A DNA stretch of 64,000 nucleotides, from assembly GCF_032444005.1 (NCBI RefSeq), contig NC_091287.1, positions 16,926,001-16,990,000 on the forward strand, given 5' to 3'. The stretch's first letter is position 1. Every line of letters begins with the position of its first letter. Source of the DNA: Ranitomeya imitator. Lineage: Eukaryota. Positions 1 to 13,224 of this stretch are shown in pieces. The position numbers and the translations under genes are program-made. The notes under the pieces are model-generated. The model did no database searches, was not told the origin of the DNA, and saw nothing but the letters and a program-made list of their open reading frames with translations.

Positions 1-60
1 GAGACCATATACCAATATAAATGATCGCCACCCGGGCGTAGAACGGGTTCAATAGCTAGT
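1..60 (+). mobile_element. Probable 3' terminus of a Helitron-like element (runs off the window edge)
   Basis: Short hairpin ACCCG(30-34)/CGGGT(44-48), followed 7 nt later by CTAG (56-59) and a T. This is the canonical Helitron 3' signature. Confidence 0.45.
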
Positions 61-87
61 TAATATTATAATGACAATCTATTTTAC

Positions 88-3000
88 ATTAGGACAATTA
101 TAAACATTCCATAAGTCATTACATTTTATTGGCATTTCCATGAAGTTTCTGTCGTGCCGTAATATTCCCAGCGCTGCCCCATATTTTTCAGACTTCTGCC
201 CTTCGCCCCGGCGGATGGATATCTGCTGTCTGATGGCCGCCCATTCTTTCATTAGAGCTCGGAGTTTATCACAATTTCTGGGTTTTGTCTCTTTTTGAGG
301 ATTGTCCATAGCTTCTCATGTGACTGAGATCTGGGGAGTCTCCTGGACCCAAAATGTCAATGTTTTGCTTCCGGAGCCGCTAAGTTCTCACTTTTGCCTT
401 GTGGCCTGGTCTTCATCATGCTGGAAAAAGCATCATTACACATTGTGAGTGATCCGCCTCCATGGATGAGAAGCCCCCACACATTGTGAGTGACCCCTCC
501 ATGGATGAGAAGCCCCCACACATTGTGAGTGACCCCTCCATAGATGAGAAGCCCCCACACATTGTGAGTGACCCCTCCATGGATGAGAAGCCTCCACACA
601 TTGTGAGCGATCCACCTCCATGGATGAGAAGCCCCCGCACATTGTGAGTGATCCCCCTCCATGGATGAGAAGTCTCCGCACATTGTGAGTGATCCCCTCC
701 ATGGATGAGAAGCCTCCACACATTGTGAGTGATCCCCTCCATGGATGAGAAGCCCCCACACATTGTGAGTGATCCCCTCCATGGATGAGAAGTCTCCGCA
801 CATTGTGAGTGATCCCCCTCCATGGATGAGAAGCCTCCACACATTGTGAGTGATCCCCTCCATGGATGAGAAGCCCCCAAACATTCTGAGTGATCCCCTC
901 CATGGATGAGAAGCCCCCACACATTGTGAGTGACCCTTCCATGGATGAGAAGCCCCCAAACATTCTGAGTGATCCCCTCCATGGATGAGAAGCCCCCACA
1001 CATTGTGAGTGACCCTTCCATGGATGAGAAGCCCCCAAACATTCTGAGTGATCCCCTCCATGGATGAGAAGCCCCCACACATTGTGAGTGATCCCCTCCA
1101 TGGATGAGAAGCCCCCACACATTGTGAGTGACCCTTCCATGGATGAGAAGCCCCCAAACATTCTGAGTGATCCCCTCCATGGATGAGAAGCCCCCACACA
1201 TTGTGAGTGACCCCTCCATGGATGAGAAGCCCCCAAACATTCTGAGTGATCCCCTCCATGGATGAGAAGCCCCCACACATTGTGAGTGATCCCCTCCATG
1301 GATGAGAAGCCCCCACACATTGTGAGTGACCCCTCCATGGATGAGAAGCCCCCAAACATTCTGAGTGATCCCCTCCATGGATGAGAAGCCCCCACACATT
1401 GTGAGTGATCCCCTCCATGGATGAGAAGCCCCCACACATTGTGAGTGACCCCTCCATGGATGAGAAGCCCCCAAACATTCTGAGTGATCCCCTCCATGGA
1501 TGAGAAGCCCCCACACATTGTGAGTGATCCCCTCCATGGATGAGAAGCCCCCACACATTGTGAGTGACCCCTCCATGGATGAGAAGCCCCCAAACATTCT
1601 GAGTGATCCCCTCCATGGATGAGAAGCCCCCACACATTGTGAGTGACCCCTCCATGGATGAGAAGCCCCCAAACATTCTGAGTGATCCCCTCCATGGATG
1701 AGAAGCCCCCACACATTGTGAGTGATCCCTCCATGGATGAGAAGCCCCCACACATTGTGAGTGACCCTTCCATGGATGAGAAGCCCCCACACAGTGTGAG
1801 TGACCCCCTCCATGGATGAGAAGCCCCCACACATTGTGAGTGACCCTTCCATGGATGAGAAGCCCCCACACATTGTGAGTGACCCTTCCATGGATGAGAA
1901 GCCCCCACACATTGTGAGTGACCCTTCCATGGATGAGAAGCCCCCACACATTGTGAGTGATCCCCTCCATGGATGAGAAGCCCCCACACATTGTGAGTGA
2001 CCCCTCCATGGATGAGAAGCCCCCAAACATTCTGAGTGATCCCCTCCATGGATGAGAAGCCCCCACACATTGTGAGTGACCCCTCCATGGATGAGAAGCC
2101 CCCACACATTGTGAGTGACCCGTCCATGGATGAGAAGCCTCCACACATTGTGAGTGATCCACCTCCATGGATGAGAAGCCCCCGCACATTGTGAGTGATC
2201 CCCTCCATGGATGAGAAGTCTCCGCACATTGTGAGTGATCCCCCTCCATGGATGAGAAGTCTCCGCACATTGTGAGTGATCCCCTCCATGGATGAGAAGC
2301 CTCCACACATTGTGAGTGATCCCCTCCATGGATGAGAAGCCCCCACACATTGTGAGTGATCCCCTCCATGGATGAGAAGCCCCCACACATTGTGAGTGAC
2401 CCTTCCATGGATGAGAAGCCCCCAAACATTCTGAGTGATCCCCTCCATGGATGAGAAGCCCCCACACATTGTGAGTGACCCCTCCATGGATGAGAAGCCT
2501 CCACACATTGTGAGTGATCCCCTCCATGGATGAGAAGCCCCCAAACATTCTGAGTGATCCCCTCCATGGATGAGAATCCCCCACACATTGTGAGTGACCC
2601 CTCCATGGATGAGAAGCCCCCAAACATTCTGAGTGATCCCCTCCATGGATGAGAAGCCCCCACACATTGTGAGTGACCCTTCCATGGATGAGAAGCCCCC
2701 ACACATTGTGAGTGATCCCCTCCATGGATGAGAAGCCCCCACACATTGTGAGTGACCCCTCCATGGATGAGAAGCCCCCACACATTGTGAGTGATCCCCT
2801 CCATGGATGAGAAGCCCCCGCACATTGTGAGTGACCCTTCCATGGATGAGAAGCCCCCAAACATTCTGAGTGATCCCCTCCATGGATGAGAAGCCCCCAC
2901 ACATTGTGAGTGACCCCCTCCATGGATGAGAAGCCCCCACACATTGTGAGTGACCCCTCCATGGATGAGAAGCCCCCAAACATTCTGAGTGATCCCCTCC

Positions 3001-6000
3001 ATGGATGAGAAGCCCCCGCACATTGTGAGTGACCCCCTCCATGGATGAGAAGCCTCCACACATTGTGAGTGACCCCATCCATGTATGAGAAGCCCCCACA
3101 CATTGTGAGTGATCCCCTCCATGGATGAGAAGCCTCCACACATTGTGAGTGATCCCCTCCATGGATGAGAAGCCCCCACACATTGTGAGTGACCCTTCCA
3201 TGGATGAGAAGCCCCCACACAGTGTGAGTGACCCCCTCCATGGATGAGAAGTCCCCACACATTGTGAGTGACCCCCTCCATGGATGAGAAGCCTCCACAC
3301 ATTGTGAGTGATCCCCTCCATGGATGAGAAGCCCCCACACATTGTGAGTGATCCCCTCCATGGATGAGAAGTCTCCGCACATTGTGAGTGATCCCCCTCC
3401 ATGGATGAGAAGCCTCCACACATTGTGAGTGATCCCCTCCATGGATGAGAAGCCCCCAAACATTCTGAGTGATCCCCTCCATGGATGAGAAGCCCCCACA
3501 CATTGTGAGTGACCCTTCCATGGATGAGAAGCCCCCAAACATTCTGAGTGATCCCCTCCATGGATGAGAAGCCCCCACACATTGTGAGTGACCCTTCCAT
3601 GGATGAGAAGCCCCCAAACATTCTGAGTGATCCCCTCCATGGATGAGAAGCCCCCACACATTGTGAGTGATCCCCTCCATGGATGAGAAGCCCCCACACA
3701 TTGTGAGTGACCCTTCCATGGATGAGAAGCCCCCAAACATTCTGAGTGATCCCCTCCATGGATGAGAAGCCCCCACACATTGTGAGTGACCCCTCCATGG
3801 ATGAGAAGCCCCCAAACATTCTGAGTGATCCCCTCCATGGATGAGAAGCCCCCACACATTGTGAGTGATCCCCTCCATGGATGAGAAGCCCCCACACATT
3901 GTGAGTGACCCCTCCATGGATGAGAAGCCCCCAAACATTCTGAGTGATCCCCTCCATGGATGAGAAGCCCCCACACATTGTGAGTGATCCCCTCCATGGA
4001 TGAGAAGCCCCCACACATTGTGAGTGACCCCTCCATGGATGAGAAGCCCCCAAACATTCTGAGTGATCCCCTCCATGGATGAGAAGCCCCCACACATTGT
4101 GAGTGATCCCCTCCATGGATGAGAAGCCCCCACACATTGTGAGTGACCCCTCCATGGATGAGAAGCCCCCAAACATTCTGAGTGATCCCCTCCATGGATG
4201 AGAAGCCCCCACACATTGTGAGTGACCCCTCCATGGATGAGAAGCCCCCAAACATTCTGAGTGATCCCCTCCATGGATGAGAAGCCCCCACACATTGTGA
4301 GTGATCCCTCCATGGATGAGAAGCCCCCACACATTGTGAGTGACCCTTCCATGGATGAGAAGCCCCCACACAGTGTGAGTGACCCCCTCCATGGATGAGA
4401 AGCCCCCACACATTGTGAGTGACCCTTCCATGGATGAGAAGCCCCCACACATTGTGAGTGACCCTTCCATGGATGAGAAGCCCCCACACATTGTGAGTGA
4501 CCCTTCCATGGATGAGAAGCCCCCACACATTGTGAGTGATCCCCTCCATGGATGAGAAGCCCCCACACATTGTGAGTGACCCCTCCATGGATGAGAAGCC
4601 CCCAAACATTCTGAGTGATCCCCTCCATGGATGAGAAGCCCCCACACATTGTGAGTGACCCCTCCATGGATGAGAAGCCCCCACACATTGTGAGTGACCC
4701 GTCCATGGATGAGAAGCCTCCACACATTGTGAGTGATCCACCTCCATGGATGAGAAGCCCCCGCACATTGTGAGTGATCCCCTCCATGGATGAGAAGTCT
4801 CCGCACATTGTGAGTGATCCCCCTCCATGGATGAGAAGTCTCCGCACATTGTGAGTGATCCCCTCCATGGATGAGAAGCCTCCACACATTGTGAGTGATC
4901 CCCTCCATGGATGAGAAGCCCCCACACATTGTGAGTGACCCCTCCATGGATGAGAAGCCCCCACACATTGTGAGTGACCCCTCCATGGATGAGAAGCCCC
5001 CACACATTGTGAGTGACCCGTCCATGGATGAGAAGCCTCCACACATTGTGAGTGATCCACCTCCATGGATGAGAAGCCCCCGCACATTGTGAGTGATCCC
5101 CTCCATGGATGAGAAGTCTCCGCACATTGTGAGTGATCCCCCTCCATGGATGAGAAGTCTCCGCACATTGTGAGTGATCCCCTCCATGGATGAGAAGCCT
5201 CCACACATTGTGAGTGATCCCCTCCATGGATGAGAAGCCCCCACACATTGTGAGTGATCCCCTCCATGGATGAGAAGCCCCCACACATTGTGAGTGACCC
5301 TTCCATGGATGAGAAGCCCCCAAACATTCTGAGTGATCCCCTCCATGGATGAGAAGCCCCCACACATTGTGAGTGACCCCTCCATGGATGAGAAGCCTCC
5401 ACACATTGTGAGTGATCCCCTCCATGGATGAGAAGCCCCCAAACATTCTGAGTGATCCCCTCCATGGATGAGAATCCCCCACACATTGTGAGTGACCCCT
5501 CCATGGATGAGAAGCCCCCACACATTGTGAGTGACCCTTCCATGGATGAGAAGCCCCCACACATTGTGAGTGATCCCCTCCATGGATGAGAAGCCCCCAC
5601 ACATTGTGAGTGACCCCTCCATGGATGAGAAGCCCCCAAACATTCTGAGTGATCCCCTCCATGGATGAGAAGCCTCCACACATTGTGAGTGACCCCCTCC
5701 ATGGATGAGAAGCCCCCACACATTGTGAGTGATCCCCTCCATGGATGAGAAGCCCCCGCACATTGTGAGTGACCCTTCCATGGATGAGAAGCCCCCAAAC
5801 ATTCTGAGTGATCCCCTCCATGGATGAGAAGCCCCCACACATTGTGAGTGACCCCCTCCATGGATGAGAAGCCCCCACACATTGTGAGTGACCCCTCCAT
5901 GGATGAGAAGCCCCCAAACATTCTGAGTGATCCCCTCCATGGATGAGAAGCCCCCGCACATTGTGAGTGACCCCCTCCATGGATGAGAAGCCTCCACACA

Positions 6001-7099
6001 TTGTGAGTGACCCCCTCCATGTATGAGAAGCCCCCACACATTGTGAGTGATCCCCTCCATGGATGAGAAGCCTCCACACATTGTGAGTGATCCCCTCCAT
6101 GGATGAGAAGCCCCCACACATTGTGAGTGACCCTTCCATGGATGAGAAGCCCCCACACAGTGTGAGTGACCCCCTCCATGGATGAGAAGCCCCCACACAT
6201 TGTGAGTGACCCTTCCATGGATGAGAAGCCCCCACACATTGTGAGTGACCCTTCCATGGATGAGAAGCCTCCACACATTGTGAGTGATCCCCTCCATGGA
6301 TGAGAAGCCCCCACACATTGTGAGTGACCCTTCCATGGATGAGAAGCCCCCACACATTGTGAGTGACCCTTCCATGGATGAGAAGCCCCCACACATTGTG
6401 AGTGATCCCCTCCATGGATGAGAAGCCCCCACACATTGTGAGTGACCCCTCCATGGATGAGAAGCCCCCAAACATTCTGAGTGATCCCCTCCATGGATGA
6501 GAAGCCTCCACACATTGTGAGTGACCCCCTCCATGGATGAGAAGCCCCCACACATTGTGAGTGATCCCCTCCATGGATGAGAAGCCCCCGCACATTGTGA
6601 GTGACCCTTCCATGGATGAGAAGCCCCCAAACATTCTGAGTGATCCCCTCCATGGATGAGATGCCCCCACACATTGTGAGTGACCCCCTCCATGGATGAG
6701 AAGCCCCCACACATTGTGAGTGACCCCCTCCATGGATGAGAAGCCCCCACACATGAATGGTCTCAGGAGGCTTTACTGCCGGCAGACATAGGACTCATGG
6801 CAGCGTCACCTTCTCTTCTACAGACAATTGTTCTTTCAGATGTCCCTATGGTTTGAAGGGGACTTCATCAGAGAACATAACTTTGTAGGACATACAGGGA
6901 TTGTACTGCAGAACACGAGAATAAAGTTATTTTTTCTACGTTGTTTTTGATCCCAGACAGTGGGCTCGCTTATGAAATGCCGATAATTGTACTCCAGTAA
7001 CCATAGAAACAACCGACTAAAATATCTAAAAGCACTGAAGCAGCAAAGATTGTGGAAAACCAAATTTTATGTCGGTCCCAAAACTTTTGGCCTCAACTG
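88..7099 (-). mobile_element. Degenerate Tc1 DNA transposon split by a 6.3-kb internal minisatellite
   Basis: Minus-strand relics of a Tc1 transposase: FFQHDE..HKAKV (394-430), SPDL-like (318-330) and KPRNCDKLRALMKEWAAI (ORF 79-309). The right end reads ...aaaacttttggcctcaactg|TA, a Tc1-type TIR with TA at 7100-7101. The left TIR is truncated. Confidence 0.7.
438..6754. repeat. 39-41 bp minisatellite, about 160 copies (ACATTGTGAGTGACCCCTCCATGGATGAGAAGCCCCCAC)
   Basis: The tandem unit is directly visible; length variants occur in the C-run after GTGA. Confidence 0.98.
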
Positions 7100-7244
7100 T
7101 ACAATAAAAAGAAAAGAGGGAAAAGCATAAACCGTACATAAAAAATAGATATGAAATTTACAGATAGATATTTATGTGATACCATCACAAAGAAGCAAGT
7201 ATTTGTAAAGTGTAAAGAAAATGATACCCTTTTTTTAAATTATT

Positions 7245-8622
7245 TTAAGAATATAAATATGAACATTCTGAGGTGCATTTATATTCAGCCCCTGTAGCCT
7301 GATGTCCCCAAATAAAATCCTGAGAGACCAATTGCCTTCAGAAGTCACATAATTAGTACATTGTGTCCCTCTGGGTGTGATTTCTTCAGAATAACTATAG
7401 CTGCTCTTTGAAGGCCTCAGAGGTTTGTGTGAGAACATTAAAGCTCAAACAGCATCATGAAAACTAAGAAGGAGCCCACCAGACAAATCAGGGATAAAGT
7501 TGTGGAGAAGAGTAAAGCAGGGTTGGGTTATAAAAATAGTCCAACCTTTGAACATCTCACAGAACACTGTTGAAACCATCATCCAATAATAGGAGTATGG
7601 CACAACTGCAAACCTACCAAGACATGGTCATAGACCTAACCTGACATCCCAAGCAAGGAAAGCACTAATGAGTGAAGCAGCCGAGAGACCCATGGTAACT
7701 GTGGAGGAGATGTAGAGATCCATAGCTCAGGGTGGGAGAAGCTGTCCACAGTATAACTATTAACCGTATACTTTACAAATTGGGCCGTTATGGAAGAGTG
7801 TCAAGAAGAAAGACATTTTTGAAAGTCATAAGAAGTTCCATTTGCAGGGGACACAGCGAGCATGTGGAAGAAGGTGATCTGATCAGATGACACCAAATGG
7901 GAACTTTTGGGGCTAAATGCAAAACACTATGTGTGACAAAAAACTAACACTGCACATAACTCTGAAAACACCATCCCTACTGTCACATATGGTGGTGGCA
8001 ACATCATGCTGAAGAAGGATTGTCTTCAACTGGGGCAGGGAAGCTGGTCAGAGTTGATGGGAAGATGGATGAAGCTAAATACAGGGCAATCCTAGAGGAA
8101 AACCTGTTTGAGGCTGCTGGACACTTGAGATTAGGGCGTAGGTTAGAGCAGGACAACAACCCTAAACATCCTGCCAGAGCTACAATGGAGGGCTTAGATC
8201 AGAGCATAATCATGTGTGTGAATGGCACAGTCACGGTCCAGACCAAAATCCCACAGACTCTGTGACAAGTCATGAAAATTGCTGATCACAAACGTCTCCA
8301 TCGAATCTCCCTGAGCAAGAGCGAGTGTGCAAAAAAGAAGAGGCAAAATGTCACCTCTAGATGTGCAAAGCTGGGAGAGACAGACCTCAAAAGACTGCAG
8401 CAGTAATTGCAGCAAAAGGAGGTCCTACAAAGTACTGACTCAGGGGCTCAATACAAATGCACCTTACAATATTCAGATTTATATTTTTTAAATAATTAGA
8501 AAACCCTGTATCATTTCCTTTATACGTCACAAGCACTTATTACTTAGCATTTGGTATCAGAAAATTATGGGTGTAACGTGAAAAAGTGGGGAAAAGTTCA
8601 TGAATATTTTTCCAACGCACTG
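7245..8622 (+). mobile_element. Degenerate 5'-truncated Tc1; transposase pseudogene about 7457-8438
   Basis: ATGAAAACTAAG start, then DKVVEK..AGLGYK, ANLPRHG and EQDNNPKHPARAT relics with stops and frameshifts. The 3' end is ...aacgcactg|TA. Confidence 0.85.
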
Positions 8623-8636
8623 TAGATGGATAGATA

Positions 8637-10630
8637 CGGTAACTTGTGAACGTATTTACCACACCTTAACATTTTCCATGTTTTGTTGTTATAACCTTGA
8701 ATTTCACTGTTGTTTTTGAGGGTTTGCATCAGTTCATGTAATGAACTTGCCTACAATTGTGAACATTTGGTTTTCTTGTTTTTGTGTGAAACAAACAACA
8801 AATAGGACAAAATAACCAAAAACTTCAGTGTGCAAAACAATTTACCCCCCCTAAAGTCAGTACTTTGTAGAGCCTCCTTTTGTGGCAAATACTGCTGCAG
8901 TCACTTTGGAATAGTCTCTATGAGTTTTCCACATCTGGCTACTGGGATTTTTGCCTAATCCTCAAGGCAAAACTGCTCTAGCTCCTTCACATTAGATGGT
9001 TTCCTCTGGAGAACAGCGATCGTCAAGTCTGACCACAGATTCTCCAGTGGATTAAGGTCTGGGCTGTAACTCGGCCACTCAAAAACATTTACATGCTTCT
9101 AATGCTTGCTTTAGCAGTATGCTTTGGGTCATTGTCTTGTTAGACGGTGAACCTCCATCCTGGTCACAATTCACTGACAGAAACAGGTATTAATCAAGAA
9201 TATCCCTGTATTTCACGTCATCCATCTTCACCTCGACCATTATCCCTGTCCCTGCTGCTGAAAAAAATCCCCATGGCATGATGCTGCCACCATCATTTTT
9301 CACTGTGGGGATGATGTTCTTGTGGTGATGAGCGGTGTTGCTTTGGCACCAGACATAGCGTTTACCTTGGTGGACAAAAAGTTCAATTTTGGTCTCATCT
9401 GACCAAAGCACCTTCCTCTATACATTTTGGGGAGTCTCCCATCCGTCATTTGGTAAACTCAAAACGAGTCTTACAATTTTTGTGTGTAAGTAAAGGCTTT
9501 TATCTGCCCACTGCTCTATGGAGTGTATGGCTTATTGTGGTCGTATGTACAGATACTCCAGTCTCTGCTTGCGAACTCTGCAGCTCCTTCAGGATTACCT
9601 TTGGTTTCTGTGCTGCCTCTCTGATTAATGCCCTCTTTGCCTGTGCTGAAAGTTTTGGTGGATGACCTCTCTTGGTAGGTTTGTTGTGGTGCCATGTTCT
9701 TTCCATTGATGATAATGGATTTGATGGTGGTATTGGGGATCATCAGAAATTGAGAGGTTTTTTTTAACCGAACCTTGACTTGTACTTCTCAACAACTTTG
9801 TCCCTGAGTTCTTTGGAGATCTCCTTGGTCTTCATTATACTGTTTGGAGATCTCCTTGGTCTTCATGGTGTTGTTTGGAGATCTCCTCAGCCGTCATGGT
9901 GTTGTTTGGAGATCTCCTTGATCTTCATGGTGTTGTTTGGAGATCTCTTTGGTCTTCATGGTGTTGTTTGGAGATCTCCTTGGTCTTCATGGTGTTGTTT
10001 GGAGATCTCCTTGGTCTTCATGGTGTTTGGAGATCTCTTTGGTCTTCATGGTGTTGTTTGGAGATCTCCTCAGCCGTCATGGAGCTGTTTGGAGATCTCC
10101 TTGATCTTTATGGTGTTGTTTGGAGATCTCCTTGGTCTTCATGGTGTTGTTTGGAGATCTCCTTGGTCTTTATGGTGTTGTTTGGAGATCTCCTCAGCCG
10201 CCATGGTGTTGTTTGGAGATCTCCTTGGTCTTCATGGTGTTTGGTTAGCGGTGCCTCTTGTTAATGGTGCTGAATCCTCTGTGCCTTTTCATAGAAGGTA
10301 AAGTGTATATACTGACAGACATGTGACACTTAGATTGCACACAGGTGGACGTCCTGTCACTAAGCACGGGACTTATGTAGGGAATTGCTTGCACCAGAAA
10401 ATTTTTAGAGGCTTCATAGCAAAAGGGGTGAATACATATGCAAATGCCAATTTTTAGTTATTTGAGCCCATAAATTACATTTTTGCCTATATTTTTCTCA
10501 CTTCACCAACTTAGACTATTTAGTGCTGATGCATCACACACAAATCGGATTACAAAAGGATTAACACACAGGTTGCAATGTAGCAAAATAGATAAAAAGT
10601 CAAGGGGATGAATACTTTTGCAAACCACTG
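8637..10630 (-). mobile_element. Degenerate full-span Tc1 with TA at both ends
   Basis: TA|cggtaacttgtgaacgtattt ... aatacttttgcaaaccactg|TA. Minus-strand ORF fragments include [28 protein letters not shown] and PPKLSAQAKRALIREAA. Confidence 0.88.
9815..10242. repeat. 31-bp tandem repeat, 14 copies, covering the transposase start codon
   Basis: Unit GGAGATCTCCTTGGTCTTCATGGTGTTGTTT. Its reverse complement encodes MKTKEISKQH. Confidence 0.95.
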
Positions 10631-11413
10631 TATAAAAGGGTGGTGTCTATCAGCACCTGGCACATTCTATGGCATCGGACCTTGTGAAATTGCTCCACAC
10701 CCAATGTTTATCTCTTCTATAACCAGGATTTTCTATGTGCTCTTTTTTCTTATTGCCGAGAGATGAGGCGGAGAGAACTTTTGTGCTCCATGGACAAAGC
10801 GTAGAATGTAGGCTATCTTCAGGAGAGGGTGCGCACCCCTGAGAGCCGACTGTTGTGTGGGAATTCATGTCCTATAAAGGTCTCTGGACACAGAAAATCC
10901 ACATTTGCATTTACTCCGAGTCATCTATTGAGGGGACTGCGGCCTGGAGTCAGCGCTCTCTGCCCGGGCAGCCAGAATTATGCGGAAACTTTGGGTTTTT
11001 TGGAAAGGAATCTCATTAAACCTCTCCGAGAAGAGTCCAGAGAATCCGTAACAACCTCTGTGAGGTGAAGCTCGCACATCTACAAGGCTCCAGGGTCAGA
11101 CCCTTATTGTACGCCTCCTGAAAATGTGTGACACCCACACAAAAAGAGATTGGCGTGAAACAATGGAGAGAGACGCCGAAAAGATTAGAGCCGGTATCTG
11201 AGCACAATCAGTATTCAGCCCTGTCACCCAATAATCTCCTGAGCGAAACCCGGGGAAAAATAAAGAGGCAACCGTGAAAAACAAGAGAAAAACTGCAACA
11301 ACAAGTGCAAATGACACCGCCCTGCAGTCACAACATGGAAAGCCTGGCAGAGTTTGCTTATTGTTAACTTTTTTTTTTTTTTATAGTATATGAAAAATAT
11401 TTTGTGGCCAGGA

Positions 11414-11679
11414 NNNNNNNNNNNNNNNNNNNNNNNNNNNNNNNNNNNNNNNNNNNNNNNNNNNNNNNNNNNNNNNNNNNNNNNNNNNNNNNNNNNNNNN
11501 NNNNNNNNNNNNNNNNNNNNNNNNNNNNNNNNNNNNNNNNNNNNNNNNNNNNNNNNNNNNNNNNNNNNNNNNNNNNNNNNNNNNNNNNNNNNNNNNNNNN
11601 NNNNNNNNNNNNNNNNNNNNNNNNNNNNNNNNNNNNNNNNNNNNNNNNNNNNNNNNNNNNNNNNNNNNNNNNNNNNNNN
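11414..11679. other. Assembly gap (N run)
   Basis: 266 N. Confidence 1.
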
Positions 11680-12060
11680 ATGAAATATATATATAGCTAG
11701 ACAGGAAAAATGTCAGCAATCTAGTTGTGAGATACTGAAAAAAAAGAAAGCTAGATGGTTAGATAGATAGATGACAGGAGATGCCGCGCTGGTGGAGTGT
11801 TATTAATGGAGCCCTAATTGGCTCAGTGACTACAGAAGACAGAGCACAATGGGGCTGACAGGAGTATTGTGTAACAACTCATAAAAGATTTCATAAAAGA
11901 CAATCACAGAAGAAGTACGAAATAATTTGACAGGCAAGTAATTAACATGATCAGACGGAGCAAAACACAATTAATGCCATGACTTAAGCAAAATAAATTA
12001 TCTTAATATCCACCTTGTGTTCAGTTGGTAGAACAATTCCATATGCAAAATATGAGACTT

Positions 12061-12425
12061 TATAGACAGATAGATAATATATATATATATATAATAGATA
12101 GATAATAGATAGATAGATAATATATCATAGATAATAGATAGATCATAGATAGATAGATAGATAGATAGACAATAGATAAATGATAGATAATAGATAAATG
12201 ATAGATAATAGATAGATTATAGATAGATAATATAAAATAGATAAATAGATAAAGAGATACATAATAGATAATATATAGATAATAGATACATAGATAATAG
12301 ATAGATAATAGATAAATAATATATAGATAATAGAAAGATGATATATAAATAGATAATAGACATATAATAGATAGATAATAGATAGATAATAGACATATAA
12401 TAGATAGATAGTAGATATATAATAG
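12061..12425. repeat. Degenerate (GATA)n microsatellite
   Basis: Visible TAGA/GATA runs. Confidence 0.95.
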
Positions 12426-13224
12426 ACTTAGTTCTGGAAAGTAAAACAATTTGCTGCTGCTGATCTATGATTTCAGCTCTGGATAGCTCAGGTGACGTGT
12501 TAATGTGAACGTCTTGGAAAGAGATTTTAATAAGAAACCAATTAGATTTCCCAAAGCCGCTTGTGTCTGGAGGAAGGTGCGGGGCGCTCGGTGACTGGAA
12601 AAAAATTTTTGAATGAAAAAGTGCTAAACTATGTTGTATGATTCCTTGATCTTCTTCCATTGTGGAGAGATCTCCGGCACAGATCACTTACAGGATCACA
12701 CGCAGAGTGCAGCCATTTCCATGGAGGGTTTCCCTCATTCAGCCCTATGGGTAAAGCAGCTGTGAGAAGCTAGAATGAAGGACATGTTAATGATTCAGGT
12801 CCGGCGCTGCAGTCAGATAAGTCGCTGCCCATGAGGATCTTGGCGTGGGGACTGGCAGAAGGTTGTGTAAGACAATTGCACTAATATAAGCCGTGCGGAT
12901 TATAACGAGCGCATGACACCATGTATTACCAAGGAAAAAACGCTCACCATATATTACCATCCGCGTGAGGAACACCACATAAGTGCAGGACATAGTGAGC
13001 GCGCGCCACCGTGCATTACCGCGTGTACAGAATATCGCAGGACTGCACAATGTGCATTATATACAGTCCCATGTAACACTGCCAGATGACTGGGCAGAGA
13101 CCGGTGTGGCTGCTCAGGGTTTCCATTATGAAGAAAGCTGGGAAAGCATCAAGGAGTGATAGAAAGCTACAAATGCAGAAAGCAAGCAATGCGGGAAGCA
13201 GAAATGCATCCAATGCACTGCAGA

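Noticed and set aside
357-6754. Three ~2100-aa minus-strand ORFs as real proteins
   Set aside because: The same three peptides swap among all frames because the 39-41 bp unit lacks stops on that strand. This is a repeat artefact.
11381-11719. ORFs spanning N runs (also 34652-35257)
   Set aside because: They are open only because of assembly gaps.
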